Shown here in pieces: positions 8,059-18,433 of a stretch of DNA of 35,824 nucleotides. Positions within the stretch are counted from its first letter, which is position 1. Each line of letters opens with the position of its first letter. The position numbers were made by a program, and so were the translations under genes. The notes beneath the pieces are model-generated. The model did not search any database. It was not told where the DNA came from and saw nothing but the letters and a program-made list of their open reading frames with translations. Origin of the DNA: a virus (lineage: Duplodnaviria; Caudoviricetes); the IMG/VR virus record IMGVR_UViG_3300032212_000090, positions 1 to 35,824 of that record; one strand, written 5' to 3'.

Positions 8059-8462
8059 AATAATTCCTTAGAACAAATGACATATTTAGGAGTGTAGTCT
8101 TTTAAAACTCTCTCCCAACCTTTGCGACCACATGTATAAATCGCATTACAATTTAACTCTCTACCGATTGTTTCTATAACTTCCAAAATATCTTTTAACC
8201 ATTCTTTCATTCTTGTGCCGCCTACCGTTACAAGATTAAGTATTTTTTTGTTAGGGTGTTCTGTTGTTGACATAGTACAATGGCCTAAAAGGTTTTGCCC
8301 TTCTACAACAACTAAAAGAATATATCGCCCACTTAATATCTTTTCTCTCACATGAAAAGGTGATTGCTCATCCCCCGAATAAGAGATAGCATCTTTTATT
8401 TGTGAGTGCAGGTTTCCCCAGTAGAAGTCTAAGTAAGAAGGCTCAATGGCTCTTACCATCAT
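8055..8462 (-). CDS. GNAT-like fold protein of tail module
   Basis: VGGTRMKEW..GRKGWERVL pattern; ATGA overlap start. Confidence 0.55.
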   Translation of the reverse strand: MMVRAIEPSYLDFYWGNLHSQIKDAISYSGDEQSPFHVREKILSGRYILLVVVEGQNLLGHCTMSTTEHPNKKILNLVTVGGTRMKEWLKDILEVIETIGRELNCNAIYTCGRKGWERVLKDYTPKYVICSKELL

Positions 8463-8707
8463 AGTTTTACCCATGTACTTGATGCGTTATAGAAGTAAAT
8501 CCCCTCACCTGATCCTGGATCCCAATTAGCGCCATCTGCGTAATACATTTGGCCTTGTCTTGGTTTGTCTGGTGATGAATTAGTGACAGTAACTTGAATG
8601 CTCTCAACTTCTGGATTCTTTGAATCGTCTTCTATTTTTAATAATTCACTGTCTAAATATCTTGGAAGCTCTTTAACATCTAAGGGTGTTTTAGATTTAC
8701 GAAACAT
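8459..8707 (-). CDS. Small tail-associated protein
   Basis: Coupled ORF; YADGANWDPGSGEGIY motif common in podovirus tail blocks. Confidence 0.6.
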   Translation of the reverse strand: MFRKSKTPLDVKELPRYLDSELLKIEDDSKNPEVESIQVTVTNSSPDKPRQGQMYYADGANWDPGSGEGIYFYNASSTWVKL

Positions 8708-10254
8708 TAATGTTTACCTGAATCATGTACTTCAAAATCAACCTCTGAAAGTTTCCATGAGATGTCGGAAGTAGATCCAATATAAAAAGATATATATCGA
8801 CCTTTATCTAAGGTATCAACGTGTTCCTGAGTGGATGGATCAAAAGTATAAGACGACCAAGAAATAGGATCGTTTCTATTCATCTGCGTCCCTATTTTAA
8901 TCGTAACCGATCCTGTTGATGTAATTCGAGGCCAAATCTTTTTAACAAACTTTATTCGGTCATTGCCAAAATCATAGGATGTTCTTTCTGCGTAAGCCGT
9001 AAAAGTGGTTCCGTTTGCCGTGTTGGTATCATCCATTAAAAATAGATTTGTACCTGATGCCATTAAGTTTTTAAGAACAGAAGGGTTGTAGCTTCTTTGA
9101 TTCCATGATGATGTGTCAGAATCCCACGAGTCAGAATCAGAATCCCAATCAACCGCCTCACTTGGATCGACAACACCATAAGCTATATGAGGGGTGTTAG
9201 GTAAGTCCTGAGTGCCGAAAGTATTATCTCGATAGTTCCATATTAATGCTTTATCTGGTAGTGATGAACCCGTTTGAGGGAAGCATATTTTAAATTCATT
9301 CTTTTGATGATCTTGAACTATAAACGATGTTTCGTAGTTAGTTGCGTCTATATTATCAACAAGCCATCTTTTCATTCTTTTATCAATGATGGATTCGGCT
9401 GTTTGCCCATCATGCAAGATTAAGTCACCATACGTTAACACTAGGTGTCTGCCTTCAAACTCCTTTACGCAGCGTCTTGATAATATCCCGAATTGAAATA
9501 TCTCATTAAAAGAAAAAACATACTGCCCCCCAATGTGCCGCATTGAATAAACAGCGTCTTCTTTGTAAATAATAAAAGAATCCCTTAAAGCTAGGCCATC
9601 AATTAAAACGCCGCCTGACTGCCCTAAGTCTGTTTCACCTGCGTCTTTGGTTGTATCTGTTTCATCCCATGTAGTTGGTTCGGTTCCTGATTCAGCAGGA
9701 TGTGACCACTTAACAAGATAAGGGTAGTTAGTGCCTGACTTTGTAACATTTAAAGCAACAAGGAAATTACCGAAAGGTCTTATCACTTTAGCGGTGTGGC
9801 TTTTTGCGCTCCATGTATTTGAAGCATCCCATCTTAATGAAGTTAGTTTTGTTGCAGGTGTGGCAGGACTCCATACTTGTGGATCATCAACACCATTATT
9901 AAAAATCCCTATCCCAGATAAGAAGCCGCCATTCCAGTTAATTAGAGCGTCTGCGTTGTAATCAACATCAACGGAGGCTGTTTGTCGTGTTATGTTTGTG
10001 TGCGTTGTTCCATCTGTTACATATGCTTTCGTAAGGCCACAATACACCCAATACAAAGTAGAGCCACTAACAATAGGCAGCATCCAATAAGGATCAATGG
10101 AGGGCGTACCAAAAACAGAAGAGTAGCCTTCGATTTTTTCAAGATAGCCATCTTTAAACCTTACGTTTTGCCCATCACTAAATGCACCATCAGGCAAGTC
10201 TTGAGGGTTAATATCATTAATTAATCCAATTGAGCCAACATTATCAAACTTCAT
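8707..10254 (-). CDS. Tail nozzle/DNA stabilisation protein (P22 gp10-like)
   Basis: 515 aa, beta-rich, position after adaptor. Confidence 0.75.
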   Translation of the reverse strand: MKFDNVGSIGLINDINPQDLPDGAFSDGQNVRFKDGYLEKIEGYSSVFGTPSIDPYWMLPIVSGSTLYWVYCGLTKAYVTDGTTHTNITRQTASVDVDYNADALINWNGGFLSGIGIFNNGVDDPQVWSPATPATKLTSLRWDASNTWSAKSHTAKVIRPFGNFLVALNVTKSGTNYPYLVKWSHPAESGTEPTTWDETDTTKDAGETDLGQSGGVLIDGLALRDSFIIYKEDAVYSMRHIGGQYVFSFNEIFQFGILSRRCVKEFEGRHLVLTYGDLILHDGQTAESIIDKRMKRWLVDNIDATNYETSFIVQDHQKNEFKICFPQTGSSLPDKALIWNYRDNTFGTQDLPNTPHIAYGVVDPSEAVDWDSDSDSWDSDTSSWNQRSYNPSVLKNLMASGTNLFLMDDTNTANGTTFTAYAERTSYDFGNDRIKFVKKIWPRITSTGSVTIKIGTQMNRNDPISWSSYTFDPSTQEHVDTLDKGRYISFYIGSTSDISWKLSEVDFEVHDSGKH

Positions 10255-10940
10255 TAGGCAAACTTAAACCCGTATAAAGTTCGGTCTGCTCCAGCAGCGT
10301 TATTGATTCTTACTTGGTTAGCCCCGCCAGCCGAAACGGCAAAGATTGGAGTGTCACCACTAGCGAAAGTGCCTAGCTCTACCCATGACGTTGAGTTGTG
10401 TTGGTAAACCTCAACTGTCACACTTTGAGATGAACCCGCGCCTAGTATCCAATAGATACCCGATGCTAAAGCTGTTTGACCGCTAGAATAAGTCTCCGAC
10501 CAATTACTGAAAGTCCAATCAATATCATTGTTTGATACTGAATTAACACCCGCTAAAGTCCCTGCATCACTGACAGTTGATAGCGTTTGTGTTCCTGTGT
10601 GGTTTGCCCTGTCGAGTAATGCAGCAGCTTCGTTCCCATCTACTGTGTCAGCGTCTATGCCGTTTCCAGTTCCTTCATCACCTGTTGTTAAAACAGTTCC
10701 CGTAGTTGAGCCTGCTAGATTGTTTATCTCTGCTGTTGTTGCTGTTACGCCATCCATTAAGTTTAATTCGGTGTGTGTCGCTGTTACTGCTCCCGTAATA
10801 TTAGCCCATGTATTAGCGATAGCGTTTTTTATTCCCCTTAAATGACCGTCACCATCAGATTTAGAATCCGATCCTGTTGGGTTTGTCACAACTAGGTCGC
10901 TCGTATACTTAGAGCCTCCAGTTAAGTCTTCTAGTGCCAT
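10254..10940 (-). CDS. Short tail fibre/needle-like protein
   Basis: T/G/A-rich, TATxAELN repeats, RANHTGTQ motif. Confidence 0.65.
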   Translation of the reverse strand: MALEDLTGGSKYTSDLVVTNPTGSDSKSDGDGHLRGIKNAIANTWANITGAVTATHTELNLMDGVTATTAEINNLAGSTTGTVLTTGDEGTGNGIDADTVDGNEAAALLDRANHTGTQTLSTVSDAGTLAGVNSVSNNDIDWTFSNWSETYSSGQTALASGIYWILGAGSSQSVTVEVYQHNSTSWVELGTFASGDTPIFAVSAGGANQVRINNAAGADRTLYGFKFA

Positions 10941-10947
10941 AAATACC

Positions 10948-11565
10948 TCAAGGGGTTGCTGTGTTTGGTTTAGCGACTAAAATATTTCCGTAGTTCGCTT
11001 GTTTTTGTGATTTGTTTAAATCTGCTACGGCTTGGCCGTATAAAGATTGATACTTTGTGAGTTGATCTTCATCTTCAATTAATTCATTGGCGACCGCTAA
11101 GCAGCCATACAAGTAAATATGAGGATGGTTTGTTAGAAGCCAGTTATAATCTGCATCATCACTAAAAGCAGTGAAGCGTTTTATATAATTGATTTCTATT
11201 TCGTAAGTGGTAGACGGAACTGGCTTAACTTCAAACTCATCACCGTGAATTGTGTAGAATCTTGGTTTGCCCGTTGTTGCGCTTGGAAACTTCTCACTTA
11301 AAACTTTAGGCGTTAAGTATGTTAAAGGCTGGATAGGGTCTGAGTTTATCTGAATATCTCGCACACCTAAAAAGCCCGTAGGAATATCGAAGTATTGCGT
11401 TGATATATTAGATGTTGACCGCGTTTGTTGCGCGTTGCATCTAACATCGTTTGCTATCTTTGATTCAGCTATAGCAATAAATTCTGGTATTCTGTCGGTC
11501 ATATCCGATCTATTTAACCAGTTAGCTGCTGCTGTCTTTAACTCCCCGTAAGTGCTAATACTCAT
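10948..11565 (-). CDS. Head-tail adaptor (tail tubular A-like)
   Basis: TYGELK..WLNR..IPEFIAIAE and NWLL..P..YLYG motifs. Confidence 0.8.
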   Translation of the reverse strand: MSISTYGELKTAAANWLNRSDMTDRIPEFIAIAESKIANDVRCNAQQTRSTSNISTQYFDIPTGFLGVRDIQINSDPIQPLTYLTPKVLSEKFPSATTGKPRFYTIHGDEFEVKPVPSTTYEIEINYIKRFTAFSDDADYNWLLTNHPHIYLYGCLAVANELIEDEDQLTKYQSLYGQAVADLNKSQKQANYGNILVAKPNTATP

Positions 11566-11855
11566 AGCTTACCTTTTTTACATAAACAAAAAGCATTATC
11601 AGGATCGTTTAAGAAACGCTTTAATATTTTATCGTTAACCGAAAACTCTTGATAAGTAATACCCTTCTCTTTAAGCCACGCCTCTAAAATAACCATAGGG
11701 ATAGACGCTTTCTTATTGAAAATTTCACTCTTAAAGCCTTGGTTATCATTTAATAGGCGCCTGTTATCCTCTAGGATGGGCTGTACATCTTGAACTCGTT
11801 GGATGTGTAGCTTGTCCTCAGACTCATCGTAGTGGTACTTCTCAGATAACGACAC
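11562..11855 (-). CDS. Conserved phage hypothetical protein
   Basis: Start reassigned to GTG 11855 with AGGGG SD; QDVQPILE..ASIP..LNDPDN pattern. Confidence 0.65.
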   Translation of the reverse strand: MSLSEKYHYDESEDKLHIQRVQDVQPILEDNRRLLNDNQGFKSEIFNKKASIPMVILEAWLKEKGITYQEFSVNDKILKRFLNDPDNAFCLCKKGKL

Positions 11856-12120
11856 TAACTGCCCCTGCTGCTTGTAGTTTTTTAGCGGCTTCTTCATCCA
11901 GCTCAACAAACACTGGCTCACCTGGAATCTTTGTTTTACCGTCTTGACTTAAAACAGGTTTGTTAGGGCTTATCATTGTTGTTAATCCCGTTAAATCTGC
12001 TTTTAAGCCTTTTGTTCTAGCTCTGCGTTCAGCTTTCTTTTTATCTTCATCTGACAAAGGAACGCCGATTGATCGATGAACTTCACATTTAATAGTTGAT
12101 GCTGTCTTTTGACTTGGCAT
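11842..12120 (-). CDS. Hypothetical protein after capsid
   Basis: GGAG SD; contiguous ORF. Confidence 0.7.
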   Translation of the reverse strand: MPSQKTASTIKCEVHRSIGVPLSDEDKKKAERRARTKGLKADLTGLTTMISPNKPVLSQDGKTKIPGEPVFVELDEEAAKKLQAAGAVSVVI

Positions 12121-12134
12121 TTATTTTCTCCAAT

Positions 12135-12158
12135 AAAAAAGGGACTCCAAAGAGTCCC
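12135..12158 (-). terminator. Intrinsic terminator after capsid gene
   Basis: GGGACTC-TTTG-GAGTCCC-TTTTTT. Confidence 0.88.
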
Positions 12159-12181
12159 AATAGTTAACTAAGTGAAATTAC

Positions 12182-13144
12182 TTAGCCGTTAGTGTCAGCG
12201 ATAATCGCGTGAGCTGCTTCTGTGCATACTTCTAATGCACCTTCACAGATGATTTCTTTTTGACGCGCATCACCAGTAGTTGCAAGGTCTTTAGCGTGTA
12301 GACCACGTAACTCAGCAAAAGCTAGGTATTGTGGATCGATTGCGTAAACGTTATCGCCAATGATGTTACGGCAAGGAACAACTTTTAATGTATGGAAGTC
12401 ACCTTCATATACATCAATAGATACATTTAATTTACTTGCATCAGTTGATACATAACGAGTTGCACCGCCTGCTGTGAAGTCGCCTACAACGCCTTTATTA
12501 GTAGCCGAAACCGCTAGTAATTTAGGGTCTGCACCATTACCGTAAGCAGTTGTTAAAACAGATGCTAAGATAGCTTCTGTTAAGTCACGGTCTGTACCAG
12601 TTGTCATAACGTCCGCTGAGTTACCAGAAGCCGCCGCACCTGTAGAGCCTACGCTTACATTAGAGGTAAGATACGTTTCAATAGAGCCAGATTCACGAGC
12701 TGTACCAGATGAGCCACCTACTTTAATGTTACCGATACCGTTAGCAACACCATTACCAAACATTGAGTATTCAATATCAAGTTTGATTTCTTTCATGCGC
12801 TTAGCAACTTGGAAAGCCATTTCTGACTTGCGACCTGCTTTGTTAACAGCTTCTTGAGTACCAGAAACTACAGCATGTTTTTTGTAAATTTGTGTGTAGT
12901 TTGAGAGTAAAGTGGTTGCTGCTGGATCGGCTGGTGCTGCGATCTCACCCTCTGGATGAGCGTTAGCCGCTGCTGCTGCTAAAGAATCTTCCTGCCAAGT
13001 GTGATTAGATCCTGTTGCTTTGGTTTTTTTCATTGCAGACAATAAAGGTGTTTCAGAAGGTGAAACATCCCAAATCATATCCGATAAATCTTCACGGTTG
13101 CCTACCGCATCATATGTTTCTACTACGCCAGTTGTTATAGCCAT
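12182..13144 (-). CDS. Major capsid protein (DUF5309/SU10-like)
   Basis: GNREDLSD.I..VSP.ETP start; follows scaffold; strong codon bias; terminator downstream. Confidence 0.9.
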   Translation of the reverse strand: MAITTGVVETYDAVGNREDLSDMIWDVSPSETPLLSAMKKTKATGSNHTWQEDSLAAAAANAHPEGEIAAPADPAATTLLSNYTQIYKKHAVVSGTQEAVNKAGRKSEMAFQVAKRMKEIKLDIEYSMFGNGVANGIGNIKVGGSSGTARESGSIETYLTSNVSVGSTGAAASGNSADVMTTGTDRDLTEAILASVLTTAYGNGADPKLLAVSATNKGVVGDFTAGGATRYVSTDASKLNVSIDVYEGDFHTLKVVPCRNIIGDNVYAIDPQYLAFAELRGLHAKDLATTGDARQKEIICEGALEVCTEAAHAIIADTNG

Positions 13145-13156
13145 TTCTTAATCCTT

Positions 13157-13172
13157 ACGCTTCACAGCGTTA
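13157..13172 (-). promoter_or_regulatory. GNRA hairpin repeat, copy before capsid RBS
   Basis: TAACGCT-GTGA-AGCGT, identical to 14284-14299. Confidence 0.7.
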
Positions 13173-14258
13173 GTTAAATCGTTCTAGGAGTGCCGCTTGC
13201 AAGTCTTCTCTAGATCCAGTCTTTCTTAGTCGTTTGACTGCATCTGATTTTTTCTTGCTAGCAACGTCTTGTCTTGTTTGTTTGGAGCCTGCCTTTAAAA
13301 CTTTAGGAAGCTTTTTAACTTTCTTTTTAGCTATCTCTACCTTAGAAATATCAGTTCTAGCTTTAAGTGCGTCCCGTAAAATATTTACAATGCGGTGGTC
13401 TACTAGCTGATTAATCTCAGTTTCGTTAAACCCTTTATCTTGTAAGTAAGTTTGGATTTCAGCTTGGTCTTTTTTGAAGACTGCTTCATCTTGCCATTCA
13501 GGATTCTGCTCAAGCATCAAACCGTATTCGCGGTTTAAAGTTTCTTGGTAGGCTTCTTGGTTCTTTACTTCTTGTTCTTGTGATAACCGTTGAGCTTCTT
13601 CAATCGCTTGTTGTTTTGTTTGTTGAAGTCGGTTATATGCTTCGGAATACTTCTGCTTTTGAATTAGGTATTCTGTTGGATCGGAATCTTCTAATTCTTT
13701 CCAATTCACTTCGTTATATTCAGCTAGTAAAGATTGCTCCGCACTATCAGAGATTGATTGTAGATTAGTTAATCTGCTTTCAATTTCTTGCTGTTTACTC
13801 TGTGATTCAGCTTCAAAAGCTTTCCGTTGCTCTGCAAGCTCTGCTGTCTTGCGTCTATAATCTGCCTCCATCTGGTAGCCGTTTTTCAGATCAGAAAGTG
13901 TAACCTCTTGCTCTTGGCCGTTAATTTTAACCTTGCCTTTAATGTTTGCCATAAAGTCTTCTAATGGCATTTCTAAGGCTTGAGCTAAATCATCAACGGT
14001 TTGATAATCGGTGCTTTCTTCTTCTGCTTCTGGCTCTGCTTCATCAGATTCGTTTGTTTCTGAGTCGGTAGACTCTTCTAATGACTCTTCTTCTGATTCT
14101 TCTGTGGCTTCTTCTAAATCATTAGATGAATCTACTTCTTCTTGAGTTTCAAGGGTTGTTTCTTCTTCATTAACCTCTGTCTCGGTCATACGTTGTTCAA
14201 TTAGATCAGCGGCAGACTCAACAGTTAGCGGCTGAGCTGTATTATCTACTTGGCTCAT
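13170..14258 (-). CDS. Capsid scaffolding protein
   Basis: Acidic N-terminus, VKINGQEQEVTL..L..GY...ADY.RKT motif, coiled coil; AAGGA SD before ATG 14258. Confidence 0.88.
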   Translation of the reverse strand: MSQVDNTAQPLTVESAADLIEQRMTETEVNEEETTLETQEEVDSSNDLEEATEESEEESLEESTDSETNESDEAEPEAEEESTDYQTVDDLAQALEMPLEDFMANIKGKVKINGQEQEVTLSDLKNGYQMEADYRRKTAELAEQRKAFEAESQSKQQEIESRLTNLQSISDSAEQSLLAEYNEVNWKELEDSDPTEYLIQKQKYSEAYNRLQQTKQQAIEEAQRLSQEQEVKNQEAYQETLNREYGLMLEQNPEWQDEAVFKKDQAEIQTYLQDKGFNETEINQLVDHRIVNILRDALKARTDISKVEIAKKKVKKLPKVLKAGSKQTRQDVASKKKSDAVKRLRKTGSREDLQAALLERFN

Positions 14259-14283
14259 AATGGTTTCCTTCAATGGGATGTTG

Positions 14284-14299
14284 ACGCTTCACAGCGTTA
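14284..14299 (-). promoter_or_regulatory. GNRA hairpin repeat, copy before scaffold RBS
   Basis: Identical 16-mer to 13157-13172. Confidence 0.7.
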
Positions 14300-14305
14300 A
14301 GTTAT

Positions 14306-14569
14306 TTAAGCTCGAAAGAGGCTTCTTTTCTTACGTGCATTAAATTCTGGTACTTTGTCACAAGTTGCGACAGTGTTTATATAGTTAACAATCTTATTAG
14401 CTGCTTGTCTTAATTGGATTAACTGGTATGCGGAGTCTTTATCGTTTAACTTAATAGAATCCATTTCACGGTTAATTGACTTGTTAACTTCTTCTAAAGC
14501 TTCTTGAAATATTTGATTATCAAGTAAGAGTTGCGCTTGATGCGCTCTCATTTTATTGTCCAAGTTCAT
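14306..14569 (-). CDS. Small helical protein between portal and scaffold
   Basis: AGGAG SD; typical position. Confidence 0.7.
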   Translation of the reverse strand: MNLDNKMRAHQAQLLLDNQIFQEALEEVNKSINREMDSIKLNDKDSAYQLIQLRQAANKIVNYINTVATCDKVPEFNARKKRSLFRA

Positions 14570-16622
14570 CTCCTATTCCAGGTTGCCCTAAGTCTTTAGG
14601 AATACCCGCCACAAGTAGTTTAACTTCTTCTTGTAAGATCGTTATGGCCTCTTTAGACTCTCTATCTAATTCTCTAGCCCTATCATCTAACTCAGTTTTA
14701 AGGGCTTGTAATTGCGCCTCATGCTGTGCTTTGATGATTTCTTTTTCATGGTTAGCTTGTTGTTTGAACTGTTCTAACTGTCCTTTCATTTGCACTTCCA
14801 TTTGTGTTTTTTGGATAGCAAATTGACCTTTCACTTGTTCGGCTTCGGCTAGTTCATTTGTTTGAGGTTGATTTTGTTTGGCTTGCTCTTGTTCTTTAAA
14901 CTCTGGTGTATTTGGATCGTTCCAGAATAAAGACGCATCTTTGAGTCCTGACTTATCAATGACTCTTGAGTAAGTGTTAAACAGTTTCTTAAAGTCAACC
15001 ATAGGTGAACCATTAAGCATGTGTTGTTCTTGTTTGTCTGCTATGGATAATAGCTTTTGTATTTCTTGGTCTTTATTACCTGTTCCTAATCCAACTACGA
15101 TAGACATATTAGTACGATGCTTCCATTCAGTTGGATCGACTTCAACATATTTGTTTCTTAACTGAATCATCTTGGGCTTATCTTGGTTCTTAATGGCTAA
15201 TTCGTGAATCATTAAGAATAATTCTTTAAAGCCTGTTTCTGCGAATGTACGTGCCAGTTTTTCACTTGGTTGGTTGGCTTGTTCTGAGCCGTAGATAAAT
15301 GCTGCGCCTGATGTTTTGGAGAGGACATTAGGGTCTAAAGGTTGAGAACTCCCCACCCTTTTTTCAGCCATAGTATGCATCATCTCTAAAATAGGGAGTG
15401 ATTGCCCTGCTGTGAAGGGAATTGTAATAGGGTTGATGCTTCCAGGTGTAGCTACACGATTAACCGAGCCAGATTTACGATTTAATACATCATCTAAATT
15501 AACACCTTCCGCTACTTCAAGTTCAGGCATGTTAGTGAAATAAAGATTCGTTAGGATTTGCTGTGTTAATACTGTGGATACATCTTGTATGTCCATTAAC
15601 ATGTCAGCGTAACTAAAGCCCTCATGCTTGTGGGCCATAGGGAAAGGACTTAATGTAGCGAAGGGAATAAAGTCACACTCTTCATTTTCTAATATTTCTT
15701 TACCTGCAATCGTAACCTTTCTTAATTCTGCTATTCCGTCACCATCATGATCGAAGCGAATATAACATTCATATACTTCAATCTCTCTTGTTGATTCGTC
15801 TGCTTCATCGTAAGCGGTGTTATCATCAAAAGAATGTAGGTTGCGAGACACTTCTAGCTCGTTCTCTTCATCGTTATATCGTGGAAGTCTATCAACTAAT
15901 TCTTTGTTAAAGCCTGCTTCAATCAAGTCTGAGGCTGTTATGTTGGAAGGTCGATGGTAAACAAAAGGGCATTCTTTTAGCGATAGTTCGTTGTGATTTC
16001 TAGCGATGCCCATTTCTTCATTAGGAACAGCTTGAACTTTAATTCGTTTTTCTTTATTGGTAACTTTAATCTTTACATCGTGAACAGTAATTAATTCGCC
16101 AAATTCATTCTGTGCTATTTCTTCTGAATGCTCGATAGGCTCCACGTTTTCTTGTTCGATAACTAAAGAGAACTCAGCATCATTTAAACCTGTATAAGTT
16201 TCAGTTTCGGTTTCTTCTTCTTCCTCAACCCATACCTTAACGTAACTATTCTTTTCTAAAAGAGCAGACTTAATCCAGTCGTGAGTTATTTTAAAGCCGT
16301 TGTTTTCTTTGTTGTATATGTAGTTTATATAATCCGTTTCTTGATCGGCTTGCTCTTCATCTTCTTGGTTCATTGGATCGAACTGAACCACTCTTTCACC
16401 TGATGCAAAGACTTTTAATTGTTGGCCTAATTCTCTTTCTATATTCTCAAAGACTTCGCGTGTGATAATGGAGCTTTCACCGTCTTCTGCGTCAATAATG
16501 GAATCATCACCTGAGTAATAATCTAGTGCTGTTGCTTTATGCGCGTTAGTAGTGGAATTGTCCCCGCCTTGTGCATTGGAGATTTGACTTCCTAACATGG
16601 TTAGTATTTCAGAATCATTCAT
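14553..16622 (-). CDS. Portal protein (P22-like)
   Basis: 689 aa after TerL; long C-terminal coiled coil. Confidence 0.9.
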   Translation of the reverse strand: MNDSEILTMLGSQISNAQGGDNSTTNAHKATALDYYSGDDSIIDAEDGESSIITREVFENIERELGQQLKVFASGERVVQFDPMNQEDEEQADQETDYINYIYNKENNGFKITHDWIKSALLEKNSYVKVWVEEEEETETETYTGLNDAEFSLVIEQENVEPIEHSEEIAQNEFGELITVHDVKIKVTNKEKRIKVQAVPNEEMGIARNHNELSLKECPFVYHRPSNITASDLIEAGFNKELVDRLPRYNDEENELEVSRNLHSFDDNTAYDEADESTREIEVYECYIRFDHDGDGIAELRKVTIAGKEILENEECDFIPFATLSPFPMAHKHEGFSYADMLMDIQDVSTVLTQQILTNLYFTNMPELEVAEGVNLDDVLNRKSGSVNRVATPGSINPITIPFTAGQSLPILEMMHTMAEKRVGSSQPLDPNVLSKTSGAAFIYGSEQANQPSEKLARTFAETGFKELFLMIHELAIKNQDKPKMIQLRNKYVEVDPTEWKHRTNMSIVVGLGTGNKDQEIQKLLSIADKQEQHMLNGSPMVDFKKLFNTYSRVIDKSGLKDASLFWNDPNTPEFKEQEQAKQNQPQTNELAEAEQVKGQFAIQKTQMEVQMKGQLEQFKQQANHEKEIIKAQHEAQLQALKTELDDRARELDRESKEAITILQEEVKLLVAGIPKDLGQPGIGDELGQ

Positions 16623-18052
16623 ACGCGGTATTGTTTCTTATAGGTCAAAGGTTTGCTCCATGAGTCTGCGATAGTTAAACCGTCTAAGTAACTCATCATT
16701 AATGAATCGGCTAAATTGGGAGAATCTATTTTGTATTTACTTTTCATTTCTTGCTTAGCCATGATTTGAATTAATCCGTTACCGTTTGGCCTTCTAGGGA
16801 TTCGGCATAATTCAGATCGTAACTTTGTAAGAGTAGGTATTTCACTGCTAAGACTAATTAGATCATCAGGGTCTTTGTATTCCCCATGTTCTACGGCTCT
16901 ATAGGTGTTATAGAATTTATCTCTTAGCATCCAGTAGTATTGAGCGCGTTTATTCTTAAAAGCGTTCTTGTTTTCTCTTTTTCCTGTTCCTTGGAAGTCT
17001 TCATTCATGTGTAGGGCGTTAGGGTTATCAACACCCCCGCCGCCATGAAATATATGGTATTTACAATGCTTACCGTTAAAGGTTGTTGAGACTTGTCTTT
17101 TAAGAGAAAGACCTAGTCCGTCACCATCCCATATGAAATGGTCTGAGTTATTATTAATCGCTAAGTCTGTAGCCCAATCTAAACCATCGTTAACGTCTAA
17201 ATCGTTGTTCTCTTGTACGTCTAATACAACTGAGCCGTGCCTTAATACAAAACCTTTACCATCACCGCCCTCATCAGAAGGATCGTGAGAAGCGACCTTA
17301 ACGCCTTTAGGTTTGAATCCTAGTTTAGTGTGAGCGTCTATTGCAGCATCAAACCACTCAGCCTTAATGATTGAATTTTCAATCGAGTCATTAAAGTGCC
17401 CTAGCCATATGTGATCGTATTCAGCTCTTGATTTATTCTCGTAGTCCCAAAGCCTTTCTTGCTCTAATGCTTCTGGAAACCAAGGATTATCGGTATAGTT
17501 AATCCATACGATTAAATGTAGATCGTCTTCATAGTAACCTTTGGATTTTAATTCGCTCTCGAAAGGCTTGATGAATCGTTTAGACATTGGGTCTTCTGAG
17601 CTTTGAGGGTTCATTGATACCCATAGCTCCGAATCAGCTTCCCTTAAAGTAGGTGTTAGCATGTTTAAAGACTCTTGAGAGATAGATTGGCCTTCTTCTA
17701 TCCAAAAGTATTTAAAGCCATGCATCGACTTTACTGCGTCAGGGTTTCTAGCTAATCCCTTGAATCTAAACTCACCACCTTGATTATTGTAGATAGTGGC
17801 TTTTTCTGATGTGAATCCGTCTAACTCTAATCGGTTAATCTCTGACTTTAAGAGTGAATGAACAGAATCTTCTATTGAGTTCTGCATCTCCCTAAAACAT
17901 CCTGTCTTAGCTTTCTCTGTTTGTGACTTTAAAAGGAAGATGTCAGCAAAGGATTGAGACTTAGCTGCTCCCCTACCACCAAAGGCTATCTTGAATCTTT
18001 TTTTCTTTGTTAGGAATGGTTTTAGTTTATTTGGTAGAGTCAGTTTCGGCAT
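16619..18052 (-). CDS. terL: Terminase large subunit (PBSX-type)
   Basis: Walker A GGRGAAKS, Walker B WIEEG, MNP motif, C-terminal SPNLADS. Confidence 0.95.
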   Translation of the reverse strand: MPKLTLPNKLKPFLTKKKRFKIAFGGRGAAKSQSFADIFLLKSQTEKAKTGCFREMQNSIEDSVHSLLKSEINRLELDGFTSEKATIYNNQGGEFRFKGLARNPDAVKSMHGFKYFWIEEGQSISQESLNMLTPTLREADSELWVSMNPQSSEDPMSKRFIKPFESELKSKGYYEDDLHLIVWINYTDNPWFPEALEQERLWDYENKSRAEYDHIWLGHFNDSIENSIIKAEWFDAAIDAHTKLGFKPKGVKVASHDPSDEGGDGKGFVLRHGSVVLDVQENNDLDVNDGLDWATDLAINNNSDHFIWDGDGLGLSLKRQVSTTFNGKHCKYHIFHGGGGVDNPNALHMNEDFQGTGKRENKNAFKNKRAQYYWMLRDKFYNTYRAVEHGEYKDPDDLISLSSEIPTLTKLRSELCRIPRRPNGNGLIQIMAKQEMKSKYKIDSPNLADSLMMSYLDGLTIADSWSKPLTYKKQYRV

Positions 18053-18317
18053 CGACTATCTCTACTTTCCATGTGTTATCCGTTTTAATAGGATTACCAT
18101 CTTCGCCTGTTAATTCAATAGCTTTAGTATCAGGTAATGTCTTAGCTAATAGTTTGAAATACCCGTCTAGTTTTAGCTTTGCAGTTTGAGTATTTAGGTC
18201 ATCGTCCTTTGTATCTAAGATTTTATGTATCTGTCTTAGGTACTCTCTTGACTTTAACTCTTCTCTTAAGGATTCGCGCCTTATCTTTTTATTTTCTTCT
18301 GCGATTTTTCTTGGCAT
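18027..18317 (-). CDS. terS: Terminase small subunit
   Basis: Overlaps terL start; ELTGEDGNPI C-terminal motif. Confidence 0.75.
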   Translation of the reverse strand: MPRKIAEENKKIRRESLREELKSREYLRQIHKILDTKDDDLNTQTAKLKLDGYFKLLAKTLPDTKAIELTGEDGNPIKTDNTWKVEIVDAETDSTK

Positions 18318-18433
18318 TTCAAATCCTTAGTTCCCGTAGGGGTTGACTGAGTCTTATTAAAAATATTATCCCAGTTACTATTGAATTGGTCTTTAGTAAC
18401 TTGCTGGGGTCTTCTTCCTGAACCTTTTCCCAT
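18281..18433 (-). CDS. Small phage protein, 50 aa (not in ORF track)
   Basis: TAATG coupling; MGKGSGRRPQQVTKDQFNSNWDNIF pattern recurs in small phage proteins. Confidence 0.65.
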   Translation of the reverse strand: MGKGSGRRPQQVTKDQFNSNWDNIFNKTQSTPTGTKDLKCQEKSQKKIKR

